From Allosphingosinicella sp. (GTDB taxonomy: Bacteria; Pseudomonadota; Alphaproteobacteria; Sphingomonadales; Sphingomonadaceae): 64,000 nucleotides of DNA. The DNA is taken from assembly GCA_036389345.1 (NCBI GenBank), contig DASVQD010000030.1:19118-83117 (forward strand), written 5' to 3'. Positions within the stretch are counted from its first letter, which is position 1. Each line of letters opens with the position of its first letter. The position numbers were made by a program, and so were the translations under genes. The notes beneath the pieces were generated by a model. That model did not search any database. It was given only the letters and a program-made list of their open reading frames with translations, and was not told where the DNA came from. Of the stretch, positions 48,703 to 57,953 are shown piece by piece.

Positions 48703-49182
48703 ATGAAGGGCGACGCGAGGGTTATCGAGCTTCTCAACGAGGCTTTGAGGAACGAGCTCACCGCCACCAATCAATATTGGCTCCACTACCGCCTGCTCGA
48801 ACATTGGGGGGTGAAGCGTCTCGCCGCCTTCGAACGCGGCGAGTCGATCGACGAGATGAAGCATGCCGACCGCTTGTCCGAGCGGATCCTGTTCCTGGAC
48901 GGCCTCCCCAATTTCCAGCTGCTCGGGCGCCTGAGGATCGGCGAGACGGTCGAGGAGGTGCTCCGCTCCGACCTCGACCTGGAGATCGAGGCGGTGGAGC
49001 AGCTGAGAGGCGCGATCCAGCATTGCGAAATCGTCCGCGACTATGTCAGCCGAGACCTGTTCGCCGAGATCCTCCAGAACGAGGAAGCCCATGTCGACTC
49101 CCTCGAAACCCAGTTCGAGATGATCGCCAGGATGGGGCTCCAGAACTACATCCAGCTGCAGAGCAAGCCGGCTGAGGATTGA
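48703..49182 (+). CDS. bfr: bacterioferritin
   Basis: [36 protein letters not shown]...EEAHVD. Confidence 0.95.
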   Translation: MKGDARVIELLNEALRNELTATNQYWLHYRLLEHWGVKRLAAFERGESIDEMKHADRLSERILFLDGLPNFQLLGRLRIGETVEEVLRSDLDLEIEAVEQLRGAIQHCEIVRDYVSRDLFAEILQNEEAHVDSLETQFEMIARMGLQNYIQLQSKPAED

Positions 49183-49204
49183 CCCGCTGCCCCGGCCGCT
49201 AACT

Positions 49205-49350
49205 CAAGCCTGGGCGTCGCGCCCCCATGACGAATGCGCAATATGACGACCCTATCCACCTCGACTTGCTAGCGAAGGATGCAAGGCCGAAATGTAAGTG
49301 ACGATCGCTTCGAGGTTTCCGACGGCTTCGTCAGTCCAGACGATCCGGCG
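49205..49350 (-). pseudogene. remnant of a ParE/RelE-family toxin gene
   Basis: Hand translation gives RRIVWTDEAVGNLEAIVTYISALHPSLASRGG*, the typical N-terminus of ParE-type toxins. There is no start codon (a TAG lies directly upstream) and a stop comes after 32 codons. Confidence 0.4.
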
Positions 49351-49354
49351 CTAT

Positions 49355-49627
49355 TCAGTGGCCGGGACGGGGCCGCGGCGCTGGTTGCCCGCAACCCCAC
49401 CTAGCAAGCCACCGCCGAACCGCCGAGCGGCGTATCAGGCGCCCGGCGCGAACGTCCGCATCGGCCCGGCCGTCGGCCGCCGCCTCGGCCTCAGTGTCCG
49501 CAGTTTCGAAGAGAGGTCGCTCCGCCTTCATAGCCGCTCCATAGCAGGTGCGGGCGGCCTCGATGAGGTCGGCTGTGCGAGGCCGCCGGCGGGCTTCGGT
49601 CAATTCGCAGGCGGCAACGGAACGCAC
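49355..49627 (-). CDS. antitoxin-like ORF (ribbon-helix-helix / ParD-type tail), possibly degenerate
   Basis: GTG start. TADLIEAARTCYG...EAEAAADGRADADVRAGRLIRRSAVRRWLARWG resembles the C-terminal tail of RHH antitoxins. It sits directly upstream of the toxin remnant and overlaps the 49600..49884 ORF by 28 nt. Confidence 0.35.
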   Translation of the reverse strand: MRSVAACELTEARRRPRTADLIEAARTCYGAAMKAERPLFETADTEAEAAADGRADADVRAGRLIRRSAVRRWLARWGCGQPAPRPRPGH

Positions 49628-49884
49628 TCGCTCTCGACCCGGTTTCTCACTTGCGCGATCCGATTATCGAGGGCCTCGAGCGTCCGGGCGTCCTCGGTGA
49701 TACCGGCTTCGGCGCGTCGCTGCAGCAGGGCTTCGAGAAGCGACTTCTCGGTCGCGCAGGCGCGCGCCTTGACGACGGGAGCGACGTCCGATGGTTCGCT
49801 TTTCGATTGCGCCAAGCTCCACCCGTGAAAGCCAAACACCGCGATGCACGCAAGCGCGCCTGCCGAAAGCCTTCGAATTCCCAT
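49600..49884 (-). CDS. hypothetical small secreted protein (94 aa)
   Basis: The ATG at 49884 has an AGGAG RBS. Signal peptide MGIRRLSAGALACIAVFGFHGWSLAQS. Two Cys in the mature part. Confidence 0.55.
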   Translation of the reverse strand: MGIRRLSAGALACIAVFGFHGWSLAQSKSEPSDVAPVVKARACATEKSLLEALLQRRAEAGITEDARTLEALDNRIAQVRNRVESECVPLPPAN

Positions 49885-50020
49885 CTCGAAACTCCTGCCT
49901 GCAAACCGTGGAAAGCCTGTCCCGAAGGCTTCGATTATAACATCCCGCACGCACGGAACAGGGGGACCGTCGCGGCATCCGATATTAGGTTGTATCGACT
50001 TTCATTGGCGTCCCTCAAAT

Positions 50021-50045
50021 CCCCCTCTCCCCTCTGGGGAGAGGG
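50021..50045. repeat. short palindrome, family C-like
   Basis: ccccctctcccctctggggagaggg. Confidence 0.6.
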
Positions 50046-50176
50046 ATGAATGTTCGCCCCGACCCTCCGGATGTCGATACAGCCTAGTATCCGCCCGGCC
50101 GCTGTCGCGAACGGCAGGTTGCAAGAGACCGCCGATCCGATAACACCGGTCGGCCAACAGGTCGCAAGGGACCCGG

Positions 50177-51421
50177 ATGACCGCCGCGACCGAGCCCTCC
50201 TCCCGAATCGTCACCCTCGACATCGTCCGAGGCGTGGCGGTGATGGGAATCCTGGCGATGAACGTCGTCGGCTTCGCCTTGCCCTTCCAGTCCTACATGA
50301 ACCCGCTCGCCCTGGGCCCCGTCAACCAGGCCGACTTCTTCTCTTGGGCGGTCAGCTTCGTCCTCATCGACGGCAAGATGCGCGGTCTCTTCTCCTTCCT
50401 GTTCGGGGCGAGCATGCTGCTCGTCATCGACCAGTCGGAGGCGAAGGGCGAGTCGTCGGACCTCGTCCATCACCGGCGGATGTTCTGGCTGCTCTTCTTC
50501 GGCCTCGTTCATCTCTACCTGATCTGGTTCGGCGACATTCTCGTCGGCTACGCTCTGGTCGGGATGATCGCTTTCCTGTTCCGCAAGCTCTCCCAGCGCG
50601 CCCTTCTAGGCGCAGGGGCGGGGCTGCTGATCGTCCAGCTCCTGATCTTCGCCGGGCTCGCCGCCGGCGCGGCCGGGCTCCGGGAGGCCGCGGCCGCTCC
50701 CGACGCAACGGCTGCCCAGATCGGTGAATGGAGGGGCCTTCAGGGCATGTTCGAGGCGCTCTCCCCCGAAGCCAGGGCTCGGGAATTCGACGTCTACCGG
50801 GGCGGCTATGCCGGGATCCTCGCCGACCGGGTCAGCGACCAGGCGCTCGGCCCGATCGAGGGGCTTGCGATGTTCGGCTGGGAGACCCTGGCTTATTTCC
50901 TGTTGGGAATGGCCGCGCTGAGGTCGGGGTTCCTGACCGGCGGGTGGAGCGATGAACGCTACCGCAAGGCGGCGCTGGTCGGCTTCGGCGTCGGGATCCC
51001 CGCTTATTCGCTGCTCGCCTGGCTGCTCGTACGCGACGGCTTTACGGCGCCGGGCATCCTCGCGCTCTCGATGGCGGCGACGGTGCCGCTTCGCCCGCCG
51101 ATGGTGATCGCGACCGCATCGCTCATCATCCTCGCCACCCGGAAAGGTGGGGCGCTGACCGACCGGATCGCCGCCGCCGGCCGGGCGGCCTTCACCAACT
51201 ATCTCGGCTCAAGCCTGCTCATGACGACGCTCTTCTACGGCTACGGCGCCGGGCTGTTCGCGACGATGGGACGGGCCCAATTGTGGATCGTGGTCCTGGC
51301 GATGTGGGGGCTGATGCTGCTCTGGTCCAAGCCCTGGCTCGACCGGTTCCGCTACGGCCCGCTCGAATGGCTGTGGCGCTCGCTGGCGCGGGGGGAGGCT
51401 CAGCCGATGCGGCGCTCCTGA
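50177..51421 (+). CDS. DUF418 (YeiB-like) membrane protein
   Basis: IVTLDIVRGVAVMGILAMN...RYGPLEWLWRSLARG are the N- and C-terminal signatures of the DUF418/YeiB family. Confidence 0.85.
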   Translation: MTAATEPSSRIVTLDIVRGVAVMGILAMNVVGFALPFQSYMNPLALGPVNQADFFSWAVSFVLIDGKMRGLFSFLFGASMLLVIDQSEAKGESSDLVHHRRMFWLLFFGLVHLYLIWFGDILVGYALVGMIAFLFRKLSQRALLGAGAGLLIVQLLIFAGLAAGAAGLREAAAAPDATAAQIGEWRGLQGMFEALSPEARAREFDVYRGGYAGILADRVSDQALGPIEGLAMFGWETLAYFLLGMAALRSGFLTGGWSDERYRKAALVGFGVGIPAYSLLAWLLVRDGFTAPGILALSMAATVPLRPPMVIATASLIILATRKGGALTDRIAAAGRAAFTNYLGSSLLMTTLFYGYGAGLFATMGRAQLWIVVLAMWGLMLLWSKPWLDRFRYGPLEWLWRSLARGEAQPMRRS

Positions 51422-51422
51422 A

Positions 51423-51550
51423 ATCCTCCCCGACATTTGTCGGGGAGGGGGACCATGCGAAGCATGGTGGAGGGGTATCTCCGAGTCCGGAAAGGCCCCT
51501 CCACGCCCCTTCGGGTGGTCCCCCTCCCCCGCAAATGCGGGGGAGGATTT
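51423..51550. repeat. large palindromic element, family C
   Basis: atcctccccgacatttgtcggggagggggaccatgcgaagcatggtggagggg ... cccctccacgccccttcgggtggtccccctcccccgcaaatgcgggggaggat. Confidence 0.85.
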
Positions 51551-51556
51551 ATGGGG

Positions 51557-51958
51557 CTAAGTCCCCGCCCGCCGCCTGACCAGCGGATTGGCCTCGGCCT
51601 CGAGCTGGGTGATCGTCTCCAGGTACAGGGGACGAAGGCGGGCCACGAACGGGAGCAGATTGTCCGGGAAGAAGCCCATCTCGATCGCGCGTCGGGCGCC
51701 GAACTCGATCTCTTCGGCAAGCGCGCCCAGCGGCTCGGCTCCGAACTGCCGCGCCTCCGACTTCATCGTGTGGGCGGGGAGGACGAGGCCGGCCGTATCG
51801 CGGGCGTGCATCGCCGCCTCGATCCGGCTCACGGCTTTCTCGCCATCCTCTCGAAAATAGCCGAGGATTCGAGCGAACCCCGCGCCGAGCTCGCTCCGCG
51901 CCGCGCAGAAGACCGTCCAGTCGACGACTTCCTCTTTATTCCCGGTCCATTCGTCCAC
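51557..51958 (-). CDS. Hpt (histidine phosphotransfer) domain protein
   Basis: LVLPAHTMKSEARQFGAEPLGALAEEIE matches the H-x-x-K-G/S-x-A Hpt motif. Confidence 0.75.
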   Translation of the reverse strand: MDEWTGNKEEVVDWTVFCAARSELGAGFARILGYFREDGEKAVSRIEAAMHARDTAGLVLPAHTMKSEARQFGAEPLGALAEEIEFGARRAIEMGFFPDNLLPFVARLRPLYLETITQLEAEANPLVRRRAGT

Positions 51959-52038
51959 GAAGCGAGATTAGGCGTCGGGGAGTAAAGGAGGCGTTGACGC
52001 GGGCCCGTCTTTCAGGCGCTGCGACGTCCTTTTCTTCG

Positions 52039-52064
52039 TTCGGACTGAGCTTGTCGAAGCCCCT
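52039..52064. repeat. half element of family D
   Basis: ttcggactgagcttgtcgaagcccc; compare the copy at 3897-3920. Confidence 0.6.
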
Positions 52065-52109
52065 CCTTGTCGATGCGAACGCTTGTGGGCCGGGGGGCAG
52101 CCCCTCCTT

Positions 52110-53471
52110 CTACGCCTTGCTGTCGTACGGGTTCTTGCCGCCGCGAAGGGCGAGGCGGATCGGCACCGCTCCGAAGCCGAGCTCGCGGCGCATTCCGTTC
52201 ATCAGATAGCGGCGGTAGCTTTCCGGCAGCGCCTCGAGCCGGCTTCCGAAGACGACGAAGCTCGGCGGCCGCGATCCGACCTGGGTGATGTAGCGGAGCT
52301 TGATCCGCCGGCCGCTCGGGGCCGGCGGCGGGTTCTTCTCGACGGCGTCCTCGAACCAGCGGTTGAGCTGGCCGGTGGAGACCCGCTTCGACCAGGTCTC
52401 GCGCACCTCGAAGGCGGCGCCGAGCAGTGCGTCCAGGCCCTTTCCGGTCATTGCCGACACGGTGAGCAGAGGCACGTTGGGTGCCTGAGCAAGGCCTTCG
52501 CCAAGGGCCGCCTTGATTCCGTTGAACAGGCTGCTCTGGTCGTGGGCAATGTCCCATTTGTTGATCGCGATGATCAGCGCCCGGCCCTCCTGGAGCACCC
52601 GGTCGGCGATCTTGAGGTCCTGGGCCTCGAGCCCGAGCGTTCCATCGAGCAGCAGAACCACGACCTCGGCGAAATCGACCGCTCGAAGGCCGTCCGCGAC
52701 GGCGAGCTTCTCGAGCTTGTCCTGGACCTTGGCCTTCTTGCGCATTCCGGCCGTATCGATCAGCCGGACCGGCCGCTCCTCGCCGGCGGGGGAGCGCCAC
52801 ATCCAGTCGATCGCGATCGAATCGCGGGTGATTCCGGCCTCCGGCCCGGTGATCAGCCGCTCCTCCTCCATGATCCGGTTGATGAGGGTGGACTTGCCGG
52901 CATTGGGGCGCCCGACGACGGCGAGCTTGAGCGGCCCTTCCCCGGTCCTGTCCTCGTCTTCCTCCTCCTCCCGCTCGATATGGGGCCTCAGATGCTCGAA
53001 CAGGTCGACGACGCCCTCGCCATGCTCGGCGCTCATCGCGATCGGCTCTCCGAAGCCCAATGACCAGGCCTCCATGATTCCGGCTTCGCCGGCCCGCCCT
53101 TCCGCCTTGTTGGCGGCGAGTATGACCGGGGTCGTCTCGCTCCTCAGCCAGCGGCCGATCTCCTCGTCGAGCGGGGTGAGGCCGGCCCGGGCGTCGATCA
53201 GGAAGAGGGCGGCGTCGGCCTCGCGGACGGCGGCGACGGTCTGGGCGCGCATCCGGCCCGGAAGGGTGTCGGGATCCTCGTCCTCGTAGCCGGCGGTGTC
53301 GATGACCCGGAAATCCATTCCGAGAAGGGTCGCCTCGCCCTCGCGCCGGTCCCTGGTCACTCCGGGGCGGTCGTCGACGAGCGCGAGCTTCCTTCCGACG
53401 AGGCGGTTGAACAGGGTCGACTTGCCGACATTCGGCCGGCCGACGATCGCGACTGTTGGAAGCTTCGCCAT
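52110..53471 (-). CDS. der: ribosome-associated GTPase Der (EngA)
   Basis: Two G-domains (GRPNVGKST and GRPNAGKST, each followed by a DTAG motif) plus a KH-like C-terminus. Confidence 0.97.
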   Translation of the reverse strand: MAKLPTVAIVGRPNVGKSTLFNRLVGRKLALVDDRPGVTRDRREGEATLLGMDFRVIDTAGYEDEDPDTLPGRMRAQTVAAVREADAALFLIDARAGLTPLDEEIGRWLRSETTPVILAANKAEGRAGEAGIMEAWSLGFGEPIAMSAEHGEGVVDLFEHLRPHIEREEEEDEDRTGEGPLKLAVVGRPNAGKSTLINRIMEEERLITGPEAGITRDSIAIDWMWRSPAGEERPVRLIDTAGMRKKAKVQDKLEKLAVADGLRAVDFAEVVVLLLDGTLGLEAQDLKIADRVLQEGRALIIAINKWDIAHDQSSLFNGIKAALGEGLAQAPNVPLLTVSAMTGKGLDALLGAAFEVRETWSKRVSTGQLNRWFEDAVEKNPPPAPSGRRIKLRYITQVGSRPPSFVVFGSRLEALPESYRRYLMNGMRRELGFGAVPIRLALRGGKNPYDSKA

Positions 53472-53508
53472 CCGGTTGCCGTGGCGCTTATGGCGCGAGG
53501 GGTCAACC

Positions 53509-53598
53509 GTCGTCCCAGCGAAGGCTGGGACCCGGGGGGGGGGGTGAGGAGCGCCGCGCTTTTCACCCGCTGGGGCCCCAGCCTTCGCTGGGGCGACG
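53509..53598. repeat. REP-like element, family A
   Basis: cgtcgtcccagcgaaggctggga ... ggccccagccttcgctggggcgacg. Confidence 0.9.
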
Positions 53599-54927
53599 TC
53601 AGCGCCAGGCGGTCAGCTGGCCGTTGTCGTGGAGGACGTAGAGCGTGTTGTTGGCGACGATCGGCTGGAGGGACACGGACATGCGCGTGTCCTGGGTCGT
53701 CAGGACCCGGCCGTCCGTCGGCGACACGTAGACCAATTGGCCGGCCGAATTGGCGAGCACCAGCCGGTCGCCGGCGAGGATCGGTCCGACCCAGTCGATC
53801 CGCCCCTTCTTGTCCTTGACGTCGCGATAGCGGGTCAGCTGGGTCATCCAGCGTATTCCCCCCGTGGTCCTCGACAAAGCGAGCAGCCGGGCGTCGTCGG
53901 TGACCACGAAGATCCAGTCGCCGGCGACCCAGGGGGTCGAGATACCGGCGACGTTGATCTCCCAGACCCGCTGGCCCGTGATGAGCTCGATCGCGACCAT
54001 CCGGCCGCCCTGCCCGACCGCGTAGACCCTGCCCGAATCGATCACCGGATCGGCGTCGATGTCGGAAAGCTGGGTGACGCTGGTCGAGATGCTGGTCCGG
54101 GCGAGCGCGTCCTGCCACAGATTCTGGCCGTTCTCGTAGCGATAGGCGTTCAATTCGCCGGACGAGAAGCCGGCGACGACAGTTCCCTGCGCCGCGGCGG
54201 GCGACGAGGCGCCGAGGATCCCGGCGATCTCCACCGCGCCGGACCCGCTCCAGCGGGTGGCGCCGTTGGCCGGGTTCAAGGCGAAGAGCTGGTTGTCCTG
54301 GGTCACCACATAGACATTGTCGTTGGCGACCGTCGGTGCTCCGCGAAGCGGTCCGCCCGGACGGACCCGCCAGACGACGGCGCCGGTCTTGGCGTCGAGC
54401 GCGGCGGCGTCGCCGGCACCGTTGGTCGCGTAGATCCGCCCGTTGTCGTAGGCGACTCCGCCGCCGAACAAGGCGCCTTCCGGGGCATTGGCGCCTCGCA
54501 CCTGGGCCTGCCACACGGTCGCGCCGTTTTCCGGGCTGATCGAACGAACGACGGCGCGGGTGTCTATGGTGAAGATCCGGCCCTCGCCGATGACGGGCGA
54601 GGAAGCCAGCTGGGCCTGGTTGCTGCTGCCTTCGCCGGTTCCGACCCGCCAGGCCATTCCCAGCGTCGAGCCGAGCGCGAGGTGGCCCATCGACTTGGCC
54701 GCATTGCCCCCGGACTGCGCCCATTCCGAATTGGCCTGGGCCGGGGGAAGGGTCACCGCGACCGCGGTGAGGGCGGGATCGACCTCGAGAACGCGCTCCC
54801 GCGAGAGCACCGAAACGCGCTCGCCCACCGTCGGAGTCACGTTCTTCTTGCCTTTGCCGCCCAGTCCGAGACCGCCGCAGCCGCCGAGCAGGCTGGCGGC
54901 GGCGAGGGCGAGTAGGATACGCTTCAT
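53599..54927 (-). CDS. bamB: outer-membrane protein assembly factor BamB (PQQ-like beta-propeller lipoprotein)
   Basis: Lipobox LLGGCGG. Repeated G-x-V/L-x-A-L-D/N-x-x-T/N-G blades. Conserved position between the yfgM-like gene and der. Confidence 0.85.
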   Translation of the reverse strand: MKRILLALAAASLLGGCGGLGLGGKGKKNVTPTVGERVSVLSRERVLEVDPALTAVAVTLPPAQANSEWAQSGGNAAKSMGHLALGSTLGMAWRVGTGEGSSNQAQLASSPVIGEGRIFTIDTRAVVRSISPENGATVWQAQVRGANAPEGALFGGGVAYDNGRIYATNGAGDAAALDAKTGAVVWRVRPGGPLRGAPTVANDNVYVVTQDNQLFALNPANGATRWSGSGAVEIAGILGASSPAAAQGTVVAGFSSGELNAYRYENGQNLWQDALARTSISTSVTQLSDIDADPVIDSGRVYAVGQGGRMVAIELITGQRVWEINVAGISTPWVAGDWIFVVTDDARLLALSRTTGGIRWMTQLTRYRDVKDKKGRIDWVGPILAGDRLVLANSAGQLVYVSPTDGRVLTTQDTRMSVSLQPIVANNTLYVLHDNGQLTAWR

Positions 54928-55634
54928 CTGGTGCCTTCCTGTGTTGAGCCCGCCGATTCCTGGACGGCGTCGACTCCGAGCGAACCGGCCATCTGGGTGG
55001 CCCTGGAACGCAATGTGTCCGGGAGCTTCTTGTCCTTGGCCATGGCCGCGAACATCGAAGCGGCCTGCTGGGGCTTGCCCTGCTTCAGATAGGAGAGCGC
55101 GACCATCTCGCCGGCGCTTCCGAACCAGGCGTTGCCGGGCACCGCGAGACCCTTGAGCCGGTCGATCACCGCCTGCGGCGGAAGCGTGTCGAGCTCGACC
55201 GCGGTCATCCTAACCAAAGCGAGGTCGCGATAAGGCCGGGCGAGGCCCTGATCGTCCGCGACCTGCTTGTAGAGGGCGGCGGCGCCCCTCAGGTCCTTGG
55301 AGTCGACGGCGATACCGGCCTTGGTGAGAAGGGCGGCGGCGCGATGGCCGTCCGACCCGGACTCGACGAGGCCGTCGAGCTTCGGGATCGCCGCCTTCTT
55401 GCGCCCGGAGGCGACCTCCTCGAGGGCTTCGACCAGGGTCGCGCTTCGCTCCCCGGCCTTCACCTCCTTCTGGTTCTGCCACCAGATGAAGCCGCCGATC
55501 AGGGCCAGCAGCAGGACCACTCCGGCGATGACCAGCTTCCCGAACCGCTCCCAGTAGGACTTCATCTGGTCGCGGCGGAGCTCCTCATCGACCTCGCGGT
55601 AGAAGGTCTCGTTGTCGACAGGCCTCAGCGCCAA
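54924..55634 (-). CDS. YfgM-like tetratricopeptide membrane protein
   Basis: Probable TTG start at 55634, with a GGAGG RBS 6 nt upstream. FYREVDEELRRDQMKSYWERFG, then one TM segment and a TPR-like C-terminal part. Confidence 0.75.
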   Translation of the reverse strand: MALRPVDNETFYREVDEELRRDQMKSYWERFGKLVIAGVVLLLALIGGFIWWQNQKEVKAGERSATLVEALEEVASGRKKAAIPKLDGLVESGSDGHRAAALLTKAGIAVDSKDLRGAAALYKQVADDQGLARPYRDLALVRMTAVELDTLPPQAVIDRLKGLAVPGNAWFGSAGEMVALSYLKQGKPQQAASMFAAMAKDKKLPDTLRSRATQMAGSLGVDAVQESAGSTQEGTR

Positions 55635-55814
55635 GAAAAACCTCCAAATCCTCGCCGGTCGGCCCCGCCCGCCCAAGCCTCATCGCCGATGAAAGCGATA
55701 CTGAGGATGAACGAAAAGCGCGGCCCGGCATCTGCCCCGGGCGCTTCTCTACCCAGCGAAGCGCGTCAACGGAAGCCTTGATTGTCCTGTCGTTTCGCGG
55801 GGACCAGCCCCTCC

Positions 55815-55908
55815 GTCATTCCGGCGAAGGCCGGAATCCATGAACACTGCCGGCGAAAATCCGACGCGATCCCGTGTTCATGGATCCCGGATCAAGTCCG
55901 GGATGACG
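55815..55908. repeat. REP-like element, family A variant
   Basis: cgtcattccggcgaaggccggaatccatgaaca ... tgttcatggatcccggatcaagtccgggatgacg. Confidence 0.9.
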
Positions 55909-55934
55909 AGCCTTCGGTCACGCCGGGACGCCGC

Positions 55935-56795
55935 TCACTTCTTGGCGCGCTGGATTTGGTCCTCGCCCGGAAAGGTCCGGCTTCGCACTTCGCCGGCATA
56001 GGCCAAAGCGGCGGCCTCGATCCGGCCCGCAAGGTCGTCGTAGCGCTTCACGAAGCGCGCGGTGCGCTCGAACATTCCAAGCATGTCCTCGGTGACCAGC
56101 ACCTGGCCGTCGCAGCTCGGCGAAGCGCCGATCCCGATGGTCGGGCACGAGACCAGGCCGGTGACCTCCGACGCGACTTCCTCCATCACGCCTTCGAGGA
56201 CGAGCAGGAAGCAGCCCGCCTGGTCGACCGCCGTCGCGTCGGCGACGATCTTGCGCGCCTCCGCCTCGCCCCGCCCTCGGGTTCCGTAGCCGCCGAGCGC
56301 GTTCACCGCCTGGGGGGTAAGGCCGACATGGCCGATCACCGGGATTCCGCGCTGGGTGAGGAAGGCGACGGTTTCCGCCATCGCTTCCCCGCCCTCGAGC
56401 TTCACCGCCGCCGCGCCCGTCTCCTTGAGGATCCGCGAGGCGCTTGCGAACGCCTGCTGGGGGCTCGCTTCGTAGGCGCCGAACGGCATGTCGACGGCGA
56501 CGACCGAATGCCAGGACCCCCGGACCACCGCCGCCCCGTGGGCGCACATCATCTCCAGGGTCACCGGGACGGTGGAGGGCAGGCCGTAGACGACCTGGCC
56601 GAGGCTGTCGCCGACGAGCAGGATGTCGCAATGCGGGTCGAGCAGCTGGGCGAGGCGCGCCGTGTAGGCGGTCAGCATCACGATCGGCTCGCCGCCCTTC
56701 ATTGCCTTGAGCTTCGGGACGGTGAGCCGCTTCATCGGGCTCGGGACCGGGTTTGCGCGGCTGGTTGCGGTATCGAGCGAATGGGTGACGGACAT
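55935..56795 (-). CDS. panB: 3-methyl-2-oxobutanoate hydroxymethyltransferase
   Basis: IVMLTAYTA...[14 protein letters not shown]...AVKLEGG...[10 protein letters not shown]. Confidence 0.95.
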   Translation of the reverse strand: MSVTHSLDTATSRANPVPSPMKRLTVPKLKAMKGGEPIVMLTAYTARLAQLLDPHCDILLVGDSLGQVVYGLPSTVPVTLEMMCAHGAAVVRGSWHSVVAVDMPFGAYEASPQQAFASASRILKETGAAAVKLEGGEAMAETVAFLTQRGIPVIGHVGLTPQAVNALGGYGTRGRGEAEARKIVADATAVDQAGCFLLVLEGVMEEVASEVTGLVSCPTIGIGASPSCDGQVLVTEDMLGMFERTARFVKRYDDLAGRIEAAALAYAGEVRSRTFPGEDQIQRAKK

Positions 56796-56845
56796 CCGGG
56801 CCTTGTAGCGGCTGCTTCGCTGCAACGCAAAAAGCCGGAAATAAG

Positions 56846-56890
56846 CGCACTGTCACCGATTTAGGGGACTATTACGGTGACAGTGCACTA
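56846..56890. repeat. hairpin-forming inverted repeat between panB and the EamA-family gene
   Basis: gcgcactgtcaccg-(17 nt)-cggtgacagtgcac. Confidence 0.7.
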
Positions 56891-56900
56891 ATTTCGGCGA

Positions 56901-57758
56901 TCAGGCCAATTGCATCGCGATCAGGCCGGTGGCGAGGGCGAGGGCGGCGGCGATGCGCCTCGTCCCGAATCCTTCCTTGAGGAAGACCGCGCCCATCAGG
57001 GCGGCGAACACGACCGAGGTCTCGCGAAGCGCCGAGACCCTCGCGGTCTCCATCAGGCTGAAAGCGTAGACCGCCGAGCCGTAGGACAGGATCGAGAGGA
57101 AGCCGGCGGCCACTCCGAAGCGCCATTTCCCGGCGATCACGCGCCCAAGCTCGCGCCGCCTTCGAGCGAGCGCGGTGCAGGTGATGCAGATCGAATCGAG
57201 AAGGAAGATCCAGACGATGTAGGTGAAGGGCTCCGGCGCCCCGCGAACGCCCCGAGCATCGGCGACGTTGTAGAGCGCGACCCCGGCCGCGGTCGCGAGC
57301 GCCCAGGCGAGAACGGCGCGATCGGGATGGTGGCGAAGCAGCGTCCCCCGCGGCGGGGCTGCGAAGACGAAGACGGCCCCTGTCGCGACGACCAGCCCGG
57401 CCACCGCGACGGCCGGAAGGGTCTCGCGGAGGAAGAGGAAGGCGGCGCCCGCGGTCAGGAGAGGGGCGGCGCCGCGCATCACCGGGAAGACCAGCGAGAG
57501 GTCGCCGCGCTGGAGCGCCCTCACCAGACAGAGCTGATAGGCATAATGGGCCGGGACCGCGAGCAGCAGCGCGCCCCAGGTCCGGGAGTCCGGCAGCGGC
57601 ACGAAGAATGCGGCCGGTGCGACCATGAGCGCCGCGCTTGCCGAGAGGAGCGCCCGGCCGGCGAGGATGTCGCTCCCCATCTTCACCGACATGTTCGCCG
57701 CCGCGAGAGTGATCGCCGAGAACAGTCCGAGGAGAATGGCGAGGGGAGTCGCGCTCAC
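56901..57758 (-). CDS. EamA/DMT-family transporter
   Basis: A 285-aa protein with about 10 predicted TM segments in two similar halves. Confidence 0.85.
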   Translation of the reverse strand: MSATPLAILLGLFSAITLAAANMSVKMGSDILAGRALLSASAALMVAPAAFFVPLPDSRTWGALLLAVPAHYAYQLCLVRALQRGDLSLVFPVMRGAAPLLTAGAAFLFLRETLPAVAVAGLVVATGAVFVFAAPPRGTLLRHHPDRAVLAWALATAAGVALYNVADARGVRGAPEPFTYIVWIFLLDSICITCTALARRRRELGRVIAGKWRFGVAAGFLSILSYGSAVYAFSLMETARVSALRETSVVFAALMGAVFLKEGFGTRRIAAALALATGLIAMQLA

Positions 57759-57953
57759 GCCCGAGTCGCCGCTGCGAGCGGCCTCAGCCGCGAAATCGCC
57801 GCCTCCGGAACGCCGCCCGAAAGGCTAACATCGCGGGCACCTTCTAAGCCCCTGCCAACCCTAAGCATTTTTCGTATAAATTGTAGGAGTAGATTGATCC
57901 GTTTTGTGTTATTCATTTCGGATTCATTCAGTCCAAATGGGGAGGATAATCTA

